A stretch of 22,400 nucleotides of DNA. Origin: Nitrospinota bacterium. GTDB taxonomy: Bacteria > UBA8248. Shown here piece after piece: positions 9,006-17,863 of this stretch. Within the stretch, counting starts at the first letter, position 1. Each line of letters opens with the position of its first letter. A model generated the notes under the pieces. It did not search any database and was not told where the DNA came from. It was given only the letters and a program-made list of their open reading frames with translations. The position numbers and the translations under genes are program-made. The stretch covers positions 1-22,400 of the forward strand of contig JASLZZ010000047.1 in the NCBI GenBank assembly GCA_030754595.1, given 5' to 3'.

Positions 9006-9968
9006 TCACAGATAATAAACGGTGAGCAATACCAGGTAGATCAGATAGATCGAAAAGAATATCGCTCCTCCCCGACGGCCGATTCTGCCCCGGGACACCG
9101 CCAGAAAAACAACGAGGGCCATTAAGACGCCCATGACAGGAAACTCCAGCGCGAAAAGCTGCCGCTCGATGCCCATCGGAAGTATCGTCGACGCCCCGCC
9201 GAGCACCAGGGTGAGATTGAGCACGTTGGCGCCGATGACGTTTCCAATGGCGATGTCGCCGTGCCCGCGCAGGGAAGAAGATATGGCCGTAACAAATTCG
9301 GGGAGAGAGGTTCCCAGCGCCACCAGCGTAAGCCCGATAACCAACTCGGACACCCCCGCCGCGTGGGCGAGGACCGCCGCATTCTGAACGATCAACACGC
9401 TTCCGCCGGCGACGCATCCTCCGCCGGCGATAAAGTGCCGGACGGTTGGCCCCCAGTCGCTCGGGGCGGTCTCGGGCGCCGGCTCACCGTTGCCCCAGCC
9501 GGACTGACGCAACATGACCCAAAGATAGACACCGGCGCCCACGAGCAGGAGGAGGCCGTTCCATCTGCCCAGGCCGCCGTCCCACCCCAGAGCGGCGACC
9601 GCCGCCCCGGCGGCAATCATGGAAAACCCCTGTACCATGCCGATCGTCCGGGGCACCTTGACCGGTTGAATCAAAACCGCCAGCGAAAGGATGAGGCCGA
9701 TATTACAAACTGTCGATCCCACTGCGTTGCCGACAGAGGTCGCGGGCCGGTTAAGCAAGGCCGCGATATAGGAAACACTCATCTCGGGAGATGTCGTCGC
9801 GAGGCTGACGATGGTTGCACCGATGAAAATCTTCGGAACACCGGTGGCGTCCGCTATTCCCACGGTGCCATCGGTGAACCACTCGGCCCCCTTGATGACG
9901 GCGCCAACCCCGGCCGCGAAAACCACCAGGTTCAGCCATATCGGAAAGCTCTGGAAAAAGGATTCCAC
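9006..9968 (-). CDS. Ca2+/Na+ antiporter (CaCA, YrbG-like)
   Basis: Two alpha-repeats: ATTSPE...GNAVGSTVCN and GTSLPE...GNVIGANVLN. Confidence 0.93.
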   Translation of the reverse strand: MESFFQSFPIWLNLVVFAAGVGAVIKGAEWFTDGTVGIADATGVPKIFIGATIVSLATTSPEMSVSYIAALLNRPATSVGNAVGSTVCNIGLILSLAVLIQPVKVPRTIGMVQGFSMIAAGAAVAALGWDGGLGRWNGLLLLVGAGVYLWVMLRQSGWGNGEPAPETAPSDWGPTVRHFIAGGGCVAGGSVLIVQNAAVLAHAAGVSELVIGLTLVALGTSLPEFVTAISSSLRGHGDIAIGNVIGANVLNLTLVLGGASTILPMGIERQLFALEFPVMGVLMALVVFLAVSRGRIGRRGGAIFFSIYLIYLVLLTVYYL

Positions 9969-10402
9969 TCGGTTTGCGTCCTCAGGCGATCTCCGGCCTC
10001 AGCCGGTGCGAAAAGCTTTGATTTCCATGGGAATCGGCCATTTTGACAGCGCTCGCCGCCACAAGACGGCCCCCGCTCCCCCACACCGGGCCTTATGAGT
10101 GGTTCGAAACCTTGATTTTCTTGTCCCATATGGGAAAAATAAGATATATTGATTGGGCACGAATGGCCAGAACCATCTCAGGCGAATCAGCACATTTATC
10201 CGCCCGGAAAGAATATTCCAAACATTGACGGTGAAGTTGACGCCTGATAAAAATTGGCGAGAATATGCCCATGGGCAGAGTTTGTCTCTTTGGGAAAAAC
10301 GAGAAAAAAAGTATAATTCTCAGAGGGGGGTTCGCCCATTCGTGTTGATGCGGACGATGTTGCGTTCAAAATTTCCACCCTCCCGTAATAAGGAAACTCA
10401 GC

Positions 10403-11026
10403 GTGCAGAGCCAAGATTCCGTCATCAAGATTTATGACCGTTGGGGAAACATCTACGACTTCTTCTTCAAACGGGTATTCCGCGAGGGCCGGGACGTCGG
10501 AGTCCGGATGCTCGACCTCAAGCCGGGCGAGACGCTCCTCGAAGTGGGCGTCGGAACGGGTCTCTCCCTGCCCCTCTATCCACGGCACAACAAAATCACC
10601 GGGATCGACATTTCCTCCAAAATGCTCGACAAGGCGGGGGAAAAAATCGCCGAGCACCGGTTGACCAATATCGATCTCGAGGTCATGGACGCCCAGGACA
10701 TGAATTTCCCCGACAACAACTTCGACTGCGTGACGGCTTGCTACGTTGTCAGCGCCGCTCCCGACCCGCTCAAGGTCGTCTCGGAGGTATGCCGCGTCTG
10801 CAAGCCCGGCGGGCGGATCGTGTTCATCAATCATTTCAAGAGCCGCAACCCGCTCCTCGCGTTGTTCGAAACCCTCATCAACGGGGTGTGTAAGAAATTC
10901 GGATGGGAGACCACGGTGGACCTGGACGCGCTCCTCGTGGCGAACAATCTCTCGCCGCGCGCCCATGAAAAAGTGAACATGTTCGACTATTGGCAGGCGG
11001 TTCTCGCCATCAACCCGGACAAATAG
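10403..11026 (+). CDS. Class I SAM methyltransferase, PmtA-like phosphatidylethanolamine N-methyltransferase
   Basis: LEVGVGTGLSL, ITGIDISSKML and RVCKPGGRIVFINHF motifs; N-terminal Y.RW...YD. Confidence 0.8.
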   Translation: MQSQDSVIKIYDRWGNIYDFFFKRVFREGRDVGVRMLDLKPGETLLEVGVGTGLSLPLYPRHNKITGIDISSKMLDKAGEKIAEHRLTNIDLEVMDAQDMNFPDNNFDCVTACYVVSAAPDPLKVVSEVCRVCKPGGRIVFINHFKSRNPLLALFETLINGVCKKFGWETTVDLDALLVANNLSPRAHEKVNMFDYWQAVLAINPDK

Positions 11027-11131
11027 ACTCCTCTCCGCTACCGGCCCGCTCCCTATACTCCGGGGCCCCTATTTGCGCCCCGCCTTTTTCCCGTCGTCCC
11101 GGCCCATGGGCCTGAGGAATTCACCGATCGC

Positions 11132-12013
11132 ATGACAGGGGTTCTTTTCGCCGCCATCGCCGCGCTCTCCTGGACGGTTTTCAACTTCACCCTGAAAACC
11201 GCCTTCCGGGACGCTTCTGTCTTCAAGGCCACGGCGGTCGCCACCGGGCTGAACGCCCTGTTCGTCACCGTAGTCTCCCTGCTCATTATCCCCCCGGCCG
11301 AATTCGTGCCGAAAAACGCCGATACCATCCTCTATCTCGGGCTCGCCGGCGTATTCCACGTCGGCCTGGCCCGCGCTTTTTTCTACACCGCGATTCACCG
11401 CCTGGGCCCGTGCCGGGCAACCCCGTTCGCGATGAGCTACCCGATAGTCACCGCCCTGACCGCCGCCTGGTTTCTCGGCGAGCCGGTCACGGCGGCCATC
11501 ATCGGCGGCCTGGTTCTCCTCCTCGGAGGCATCGCCCTCATCGTCCAGGCCGACCCGGCCCGGCCAGAGACCGGCCAGAGCGCCGCACCCTCGTGGCGAA
11601 TCGTCGGCTGGGCCTGCGCGGCCACCACAGCCCTTCTCTGGGGAATCGCCGCCACCTTCTTTAAAAAAGCGGCCCTGGAGGTTCACCCGCTGGCCGTGAC
11701 CTCGATTGCCCTCTGGGTCGGCTTCGGCGTCTCCTTTTTGATCTCGAGGTGGATGGACCCCGAAGGCCGGGTTTCGGGGAACGCCAGGCGATGGCTCCTG
11801 CTCTCGGCCGCCCTCCAGACCATCGCCGTCCCGTGCTACGTCCTCGCCTTCACCCACACGCTCGCCGTCCGAGTATCGGCGATCGTCTCGATCCAGCCCT
11901 TCCTGGCGATACCGATCGGCTGGCTCATCATGCGCGAGGCCGAGAACATCACATCGCGCCTCGCGGTCGGGGCGGCCCTCGTCGTCGGGGGGACGATACT
12001 CGTCATCCTCTGA
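11132..12013 (+). CDS. DMT/EamA family transporter
   Basis: About 10 hydrophobic helices in two repeats, with FLGEPVT and GWLIMRE motifs. Confidence 0.88.
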   Translation: MTGVLFAAIAALSWTVFNFTLKTAFRDASVFKATAVATGLNALFVTVVSLLIIPPAEFVPKNADTILYLGLAGVFHVGLARAFFYTAIHRLGPCRATPFAMSYPIVTALTAAWFLGEPVTAAIIGGLVLLLGGIALIVQADPARPETGQSAAPSWRIVGWACAATTALLWGIAATFFKKAALEVHPLAVTSIALWVGFGVSFLISRWMDPEGRVSGNARRWLLLSAALQTIAVPCYVLAFTHTLAVRVSAIVSIQPFLAIPIGWLIMREAENITSRLAVGAALVVGGTILVIL

Positions 12014-12069
12014 CGAGGCGCGCACCCCCGGAATCATCTCCTCGGGCCGTATCCCTCCCAAAAAGCAGG

Positions 12070-12078
12070 TGGTAAGAT
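12070..12078 (+). promoter_or_regulatory. Candidate extended -10 promoter for the OsmC-family gene
   Basis: TGgTAAGAT about 40 bp upstream of ATG 12118; strong SD AAGGAG at 12105-12110. Confidence 0.4.
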
Positions 12079-12117
12079 CCCCTCCTTCAATACACTTCAT
12101 CGAAAAGGAGACAACCG

Positions 12118-12594
12118 ATGGGAGAAGTCGTTCACGTCACCAAGGCCAGAGTGGTGAAGGAGCCCGGGAAGGGGATGAAAACCGCCTACCTTGAAGCCTT
12201 CCCCGAGGAAGCGATCCCCTACGGGATCCACGGCGGCATCATGAACTACTACAAGGCGAAACCCGAAGTGGAGCGGCCCGCGACGCTGGACCATCTCGTC
12301 GCCGCCGTCGCCGGCTGACTCACCGGCAATATGGGAGGCGCGCTGGATGCGCGTGGGATAACGAGTTCACCGGACAACCTCGTCGGCCACGTCGAGGGAA
12401 TTATCGAGGACGTGGACGGCATGGCGCTAATCACCAAGATCAAGATCAACTACAAGGTGCGAATCCCCAAGGGCAAGCGCAAGGAAGCCGAGCGCGCGCT
12501 GTCGGTCCACGACCTGGGATGCCCCGCGAGCCAGAGCGTTCAGCGCGGGATCATCGTCGAGCACACAGCCGAGTTCGAGGAAGTGGACGAATAG
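12118..12594 (+). CDS. OsmC/Ohr-family peroxiredoxin-like protein, probable selenoprotein (Sec67)
   Basis: The 66 aa and 87 aa ORFs are in the same frame and separated only by TGA 12316-12318 (context HLVAAVAG-U-LTG). The second catalytic motif GCPASQSV is present. Full length 158 aa. Confidence 0.85.
12319..12357 (+). promoter_or_regulatory. Candidate bacterial SECIS element
   Basis: Hairpin GCGCGC-TGGAT-GCGCGT (12338-12354). The apical loop starts 25 nt after the UGA and has G at loop position 2. Confidence 0.55.
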
Positions 12595-12609
12595 AGCCCG
12601 CAGTTCACG

Positions 12610-12650
12610 AAAAATCCCCCGCGTCTTTCGTCGGCGCGGGGGATTTTTTT
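12610..12650. terminator. Bidirectional intrinsic terminator
   Basis: AAAAATCCCCCGCGTC-loop-GGCGCGGGGGATTTTTTT between the convergent OsmC and SSS genes. Confidence 0.88.
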
Positions 12651-12687
12651 CCTGTCCCGATTTCAATCCCTGAAGTTATTCCTCGTT

Positions 12688-14613
12688 TCAGGGGCCCTTT
12701 CCCGCCCGCCGGTCTTGCGCCCGCCGGTCAGACGCCCCCCGGCCCTCGACCCGCCAGCCAAGCACCCGCCGGTCCTCCACCCGCCGGTCCTCCATCTCCT
12801 GGCCCGGCGCCTGCCAGCCAAACATCCATAGCCCGCCGCCAGCAATGAGAAGCGCAAGCGCGTAGCCCGCCACCCCCGCCCAGGTGCCGATGAGCAGCGA
12901 ACCCAGGCAAAACATCCCGGCGAAGACCATCAGGCTCGTGAGCGCCCACCGGGCCAAGAGCCCGCCCACCGGCGCTCCCGCCTCGCCCGGCTCCCGGACC
13001 GGTCCCCATGCGCCGGGCGGCTTGGCTTTCGCGTAAAAGGCGCGCAGCGTTTCCCGCTCCACCGGGCGGCTGATCAGCGTCGCCGCCAGCATCGCCGCCC
13101 CCCCGGCCACGACCTCCCAGAGCAGGAGCACCGCGAACTCGGGCGGGCGATCGCCCATGTTGAGAACCATCGCCGTCGCAAACGCGGTCACCATCCCCGC
13201 CACCTCGGTCCAGGCCGTCGTCCGCCACCAGAGCCAGCGCAGGATCACCGGCAGCCCCAGCCCCGCGCCGAGCGAGACGTTGAACTTCCAGGCCCACTCG
13301 ATCGAGGTGATTTGAGACGCCACCGCGAACGAGCCCAGCGACATCAAGAGCACCACCGCCCGGCTCGCGCGTACGGCCTCTCGCGCACTGGCTTCCGGGC
13401 GCAGAAAGCGCGCATAAATATCGTTGATGAGATAGCTCGTCCCCCAGTTGAGGTGGGTGTCCACCGTGCTCATGAACGCCCCGAGCAGCCCCACCAAAGA
13501 AAGACCGAGCAGCCCCGCCGGGAGCAGGTGACCCATTAACAGCGGATAGACCGCCTCGCGGTCGGCGAGGACCCGCGCCGCGAGAGTGCCCGCAGGAGCC
13601 TCCATCCCCTTCGGGAAGAGGACGAGGCCGACGAGGCCGATGAGGATCCAGGGCCAGGGCCGGACAACGTAATTCACGACCGCGAACCAGAGCACGCCCT
13701 TTTGGGCGTCCCCGGGGGTGGCCGCCGCGCTCGTCCGCTGGGCCATGTAGCCCCCGCCGTCCGCGTTTCCCTGCGCCCACCAGACCACGAACAGATAGAT
13801 CAGGATCACCTGCCAGCCCGCCCACTCGGCCCCCTCGGGCGGGGTGAAGGAGAGGATGTCCGCCGCCCCGGCCGCCCCGTAAATCTCGGTCAGCTTACCG
13901 GTCAGCCCAGAGAGCCCGCCCACGTGCGCCACCGCCACCCAGGCGAACATCACCGCGCCTGCGAGTGCGATCACGAACTGAAAAAGGTCGGTCAGCATGA
14001 CCCCCCGGACCCCCCCCGCGCTCGAATAAATCCCGACCAGGAGCACCAGCGCCGCCACCGTCACCGTCTCGTTCAGCGTCCCCATGACCAGCATCCCTGG
14101 CCAGCCCGCCTCGACCGCACCCCAGACCCCGGCCGGCAGGATTTCATTCCACCTCAAAAACGGGGCCGCGATTTTGCCCATCGCCCTGAAAACCCAGCCC
14201 ATCACGATCAGGTTCACGACGAGGGATGAATAGATCGCCTTGAATCCCCGGAGCCAGCTCCCGGGCCCCGGCCCGTAGCGCCGCTCGACGATCTCGGCGT
14301 CGGTCACCACCCCCGCCCGCCGCCAGAGCGGAGCGAAAAACGTCGCCACCCCCACCGCCCCTATCGCCCAGGCCCACCAGAACCAGTTTCCCGATATCCC
14401 CCGGTTGGCCACGATCCCCGCCACCACCAGCGGGGTGTCCGAGGCGAAGGTGGTCGCCACCATGCTCGTCCCGACCCACCACCAGGGGAGCGACCTGTCC
14501 GCCACGAAATAGGAAGCGATGCTCGTCGAGGAGGCTTTAGAAGTCCAGATGCCGACACACACCGCGAACGCGAGATAGGCGAAGATCAATGACCAGTCGA
14601 TGAGGGTTAGCAT
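12688..14613 (-). CDS. Sodium:solute symporter (SSS family)
   Basis: YFVADRSLPWW..GTSMVATTFASDTP, GVMLTDLFQF and AFMSTVDTHLNWGTSY motifs; many TM helices. Confidence 0.92.
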   Translation of the reverse strand: MLTLIDWSLIFAYLAFAVCVGIWTSKASSTSIASYFVADRSLPWWWVGTSMVATTFASDTPLVVAGIVANRGISGNWFWWAWAIGAVGVATFFAPLWRRAGVVTDAEIVERRYGPGPGSWLRGFKAIYSSLVVNLIVMGWVFRAMGKIAAPFLRWNEILPAGVWGAVEAGWPGMLVMGTLNETVTVAALVLLVGIYSSAGGVRGVMLTDLFQFVIALAGAVMFAWVAVAHVGGLSGLTGKLTEIYGAAGAADILSFTPPEGAEWAGWQVILIYLFVVWWAQGNADGGGYMAQRTSAAATPGDAQKGVLWFAVVNYVVRPWPWILIGLVGLVLFPKGMEAPAGTLAARVLADREAVYPLLMGHLLPAGLLGLSLVGLLGAFMSTVDTHLNWGTSYLINDIYARFLRPEASAREAVRASRAVVLLMSLGSFAVASQITSIEWAWKFNVSLGAGLGLPVILRWLWWRTTAWTEVAGMVTAFATAMVLNMGDRPPEFAVLLLWEVVAGGAAMLAATLISRPVERETLRAFYAKAKPPGAWGPVREPGEAGAPVGGLLARWALTSLMVFAGMFCLGSLLIGTWAGVAGYALALLIAGGGLWMFGWQAPGQEMEDRRVEDRRVLGWRVEGRGASDRRAQDRRAGKGP

Positions 14614-14701
14614 GGGGGTGCGATCTATGGGCGGGGGCAGCAGGAGAATTTGGGAAATGCTAACTCAAAATAGTTTCGATGCCCAATTACTCAAAAAGGT
14701 T

Positions 14702-14790
14702 GTCATTCTGAGCGAAGCGAAGAATCTGCTTGAAAGGGAAACAGGTGCGCGGCGGGCACGAAGATTCTTCGCCCCGCGCTTCGCTCGGAG
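14702..14790. repeat. REP-like palindromic element, degenerate
   Basis: Left arm GTCATTCTGAGCGAAGCGAAGAATCT (14702-14727). Right arm AGATTCTTCGC[CCCGCGC]TTCGCTCGGA (14762-14789) with a 7-bp insertion. Confidence 0.7.
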
Positions 14791-14827
14791 CCCAGAGCCC
14801 GGAACAACGGCCCCCCGCGTTCCCCCG

Positions 14828-16027
14828 CTACCAGCCTTTCACATCCTCGCCGGCGAGGGCGCGGGCGACCTTGAGCCGGAGCATTTGGTGGGTCCCGCCC
14901 GAGTGGAGGAGGGTGACGGCGTCGCGGTGGATTTTTTCTATCGGGGAATCCTTCATGATGCCGGCTCCGCCGAAGATCTCCAGGGCCTTGATCGACACCT
15001 CGACCGCCATCTCGCAGGAAAACACTTTCGCGAGGCGGGGGAGATTGGGGTCGAAATCGAGCTGATGATCAACGGCCCAGCCCAGGCGCCAGATGAGGCT
15101 GCGGGAGGCTTCGATCTTCATCAGCATGTCGGCCAGCATCGACCCGACGGCCTGGTGCTCGATGATGGGGCGGCTGCCCTGGACGCGCTCCCGGGCGTAG
15201 CGGAGGGCCGCGTCGTAGGCCGCGCGCGCCACGCCCAGGGCGGTGCCCGCGGTTTTCAGCACGTTGGCGAAGCTGACCCGCCCCAGGCTCCGCAGGCCCC
15301 CGTTCACCTCGCCGATGCGGTTCGCGTCGGGAACCCGGCAATCCTCGAAAATGAGCTCGGCGTTGTTCGCCATGCGCTGGCCCATCTTGTCGTGCACCCG
15401 GCCCGTGGTGAAGCCGGGCGCGCCGGCGGGGACGGCGAAGAGGGTGGTCCCCTCCATGATGATCCTGGCGGAATCGGTGCGGGTGGTGAGGAAAACCAGC
15501 TTGGCGATCTCGCCGTTGGCGATGAAGTGCTTGCGGCCGTTGATGACCCATTCGTCCCCCTCGCGCCGGGCGGTGGTGGAGACGCCGGCACGTGGGTCCT
15601 CGTTGGGCAGAAGGTTGTCGGAGCCGGCGTCGGGTTCGGTGAGGCCCTGGGCCAGCATGAAAGTGTCGTCCTCGAGGAAGGGCGGGATGAAACGCGCCTG
15701 CTGCTCTTCGGTCATGAGCTTCGACATGACCTGGCTCCAGGACAAGGTGGTGTCGAAGCTCTCGGCGAGGCCCAGATCGCCGTAGGCCATCTCCTCGCAG
15801 ACGATGAGGAGGGTCAAAAAATCCCCTCCCCGTCCTCCGAGGCTCTCGGGCAACCCCAGGGTCCGCAACCCGAGGCGCGAGGCCTTCCGGACCAAGTCCC
15901 AGGGATACGCTTCGCCGGGGTCGGGGATCCGGTCTCTTTCCCGTGCGACGGGTATCACATCGCGCCGGACGAATTCGCGCACCATTTCCCGGATGGCGAG
16001 CTGGGGCTCTGAGAGCTGAAAATCCAT
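14828..16027 (-). CDS. Acyl-CoA dehydrogenase-fold flavoprotein
   Basis: Likely start MDFQLSE (ATG 16027); LTEPDAGSD, WVINGRKHFIANG, DKMGQR and IFGGAGIM motifs. Confidence 0.9.
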   Translation of the reverse strand: MDFQLSEPQLAIREMVREFVRRDVIPVARERDRIPDPGEAYPWDLVRKASRLGLRTLGLPESLGGRGGDFLTLLIVCEEMAYGDLGLAESFDTTLSWSQVMSKLMTEEQQARFIPPFLEDDTFMLAQGLTEPDAGSDNLLPNEDPRAGVSTTARREGDEWVINGRKHFIANGEIAKLVFLTTRTDSARIIMEGTTLFAVPAGAPGFTTGRVHDKMGQRMANNAELIFEDCRVPDANRIGEVNGGLRSLGRVSFANVLKTAGTALGVARAAYDAALRYARERVQGSRPIIEHQAVGSMLADMLMKIEASRSLIWRLGWAVDHQLDFDPNLPRLAKVFSCEMAVEVSIKALEIFGGAGIMKDSPIEKIHRDAVTLLHSGGTHQMLRLKVARALAGEDVKGW

Positions 16028-16138
16028 GGCTGTCCTCTTTTTTCCAGGTTCCGCTTTAACCGGGAATTTCCACCAAGCCGGCCTCGCGGGCGGCGGTGAT
16101 TGGGTAAGGCGCGCCTCCCGCCCACCCAACGTGGCCGC

Positions 16139-16531
16139 TTACTCCTTCGGTTGTAAAAACTCGATCGCGACGCCCTCGGGGGTGCTGACAAAAGCAACGA
16201 AATTCCCGGAGGAGCCGGTGTGAACGGGATCGGTGAGCGCGCCGCCGCAATCGACGACGCGCTTAATGGCGTCCTCGATGTCGTCCACCATCAGGCCGAT
16301 GTGGTTGATGCCCAGGACGGCGGGAGCCTCATCACCGGGTGGGTCCTCGCCCGCCCGGAGCCCGCGCACCGAGAGCTTCGCCTCGCCGAGGGTCAGCGTG
16401 ATGCTGAGGGCGTTCTTTTTTTCACTGCGGCCCGCGACCTCGGCGCCGAGCGCCTCTTGATACCACGCCGCCGCGGCCTCGGGGTCGCGGCTGACGAGGT
16501 GGACATGATGAAACCCTCCGTAAACGGTCAC
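16139..16531 (-). CDS. VOC/glyoxalase family protein
   Basis: GTG start with SD GGAGG; FHHVHL, INHIGL.VDDI and FVSTPEGVAIEF metal-binding pattern. Confidence 0.85.
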   Translation of the reverse strand: MTVYGGFHHVHLVSRDPEAAAAWYQEALGAEVAGRSEKKNALSITLTLGEAKLSVRGLRAGEDPPGDEAPAVLGINHIGLMVDDIEDAIKRVVDCGGALTDPVHTGSSGNFVAFVSTPEGVAIEFLQPKE

Positions 16532-16643
16532 TTGATTTTCCTCCGAAAATTCGTGGATTGCGGAGCCGTATCCGTGGATAAGTACCGCGCTACCTGCACC
16601 GGCTAGGCTTTGTGTACTGGCCGAACTTACCGTACCGGCCAAT

Positions 16644-17639
16644 CTACCTGTACTGGGAAACCTCGACCACCTTGCCGCTCGCCGCGCTCTCGATGATGGC
16701 CTCCTGAACCGCCACCACCTCGATCCCCTCGGGACCGCCTGTCTCGGGGGCGCCTCCCCCGCGAACGCAGCGCGCGAACTCGGCCATCTGGTCCGCCAAG
16801 GCGTCGCCCGCCTCCACGGGCACATCCTCGCGGGCCTGCTGATCTTTTTTCTGGAAATAGAGCTTTGAGCCCTCCTCGTCGGCCCAGGCGCTGGCCTCGG
16901 TTCCGAAGGCGGCGGTCATGCATATTTTCGGCAAAACTAGCGAGCAGCTAAAGTAGCCCAGCGGCCCGCTCTCGAACTCGAGGATGATCGTGGTGGCGTC
17001 GTCGAGGTTCCCCGCGCCGAGCAGCTTCTTGCTGAAGGAGCAGACCCGCTTCACCGGTCCGGCCAGATAATGAAGGTTGTCGATCATGTGAACCCCCAGG
17101 CCGGTCAGACCGCCCGTGGGAACCTCCTTGGGGTCGTTGCGCCAGCCCGGCCCCGGGTTCTGCCCCATCGGAAGAGAGAGGTTCGCCTCGAGCTGGTGGA
17201 GCATCCCCAGGTCGCCGCCGTCGATCATCTCGCGGATCCGCCGGTTCGCCCCCTGCCGGCGGCGGTTGTGGCCCACCTGAAGGGTGACGCCCGCTTTTTG
17301 CGTCGCCTCGTAGCCCCGCTTTCCCTCGGCCGCGGTGAGCGTCAGCGGCTTTTCGACGAAAACGTGCTTGCCCGCCGAGGCCGCGTCGCAAATCATGTCG
17401 GGGTGGGTCGAGTGCGGGGTGGCGATGATAACGCCCTCCACCTCCGGGTCGCCCAGCAACTCGTCCAGGCTCGCCGCCTGGCGGCACCCGAATTTTTCGG
17501 CGAACGCCTTCCGGCTGTCCTCGCTCCTCGCGAAACAGCTGACCACCTCGGCGGCTCCGCTCCTGTTCACCGAGTCCACCAGCATGCCGCCCCACCAGCC
17601 CAAGCCAATCGAAGCCAGACGTACCTTATCGCCAGCCAT
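16644..17639 (-). CDS. Gfo/Idh/MocA family oxidoreductase
   Basis: IGLGWWG Rossmann motif, ATPHSTH, GKHVFVEKP, VGHNRR and GVHMID. Confidence 0.93.
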   Translation of the reverse strand: MAGDKVRLASIGLGWWGGMLVDSVNRSGAAEVVSCFARSEDSRKAFAEKFGCRQAASLDELLGDPEVEGVIIATPHSTHPDMICDAASAGKHVFVEKPLTLTAAEGKRGYEATQKAGVTLQVGHNRRRQGANRRIREMIDGGDLGMLHQLEANLSLPMGQNPGPGWRNDPKEVPTGGLTGLGVHMIDNLHYLAGPVKRVCSFSKKLLGAGNLDDATTIILEFESGPLGYFSCSLVLPKICMTAAFGTEASAWADEEGSKLYFQKKDQQAREDVPVEAGDALADQMAEFARCVRGGGAPETGGPEGIEVVAVQEAIIESAASGKVVEVSQYR

Positions 17640-17830
17640 GTTCTCTCCCTCCGGGTTTCATATTACTTAAATGAGATTGCGCCACGGCGCCCGGAAGCGT
17701 CCGGGCTGCGCTGCAGCGTGATTCGGAAGATGAACAATAGATCAAAGAGGGGATTTTAGGAAAGTAGAAATTTTGGGAAAGTGTGAAAAGCGAGAACCGA
17801 GGAAACGCGGACTGAGCCGCCCTCCAAAAC

Positions 17831-17863
17831 AAAAAAAATCCCCCCGCCTGGAAAGCGGGGGGA
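17831..17863 (-). terminator. Intrinsic terminator
   Basis: On the minus strand, TCCCCCCGC-7 nt loop-GCGGGGGGA followed by T8. Confidence 0.85.

Noticed and set aside
10154..10270. Sigma54-like sequences GGCACGAATGGC and TTGGCGAGAATATGC
   Set aside because: The GG-to-GC spacing is not the required 10 bp.
12331..12594. Separate 87 aa gene, or a nonsense pseudogene of OsmC
   Set aside because: The stop falls exactly at the catalytic Cys position, both halves are intact, and the downstream ATG has no SD. Sec read-through is the simpler explanation.
16550..16582. DnaA-box-like CGTGGATAA upstream of the VOC gene
   Set aside because: An isolated mismatched site, expected by chance.
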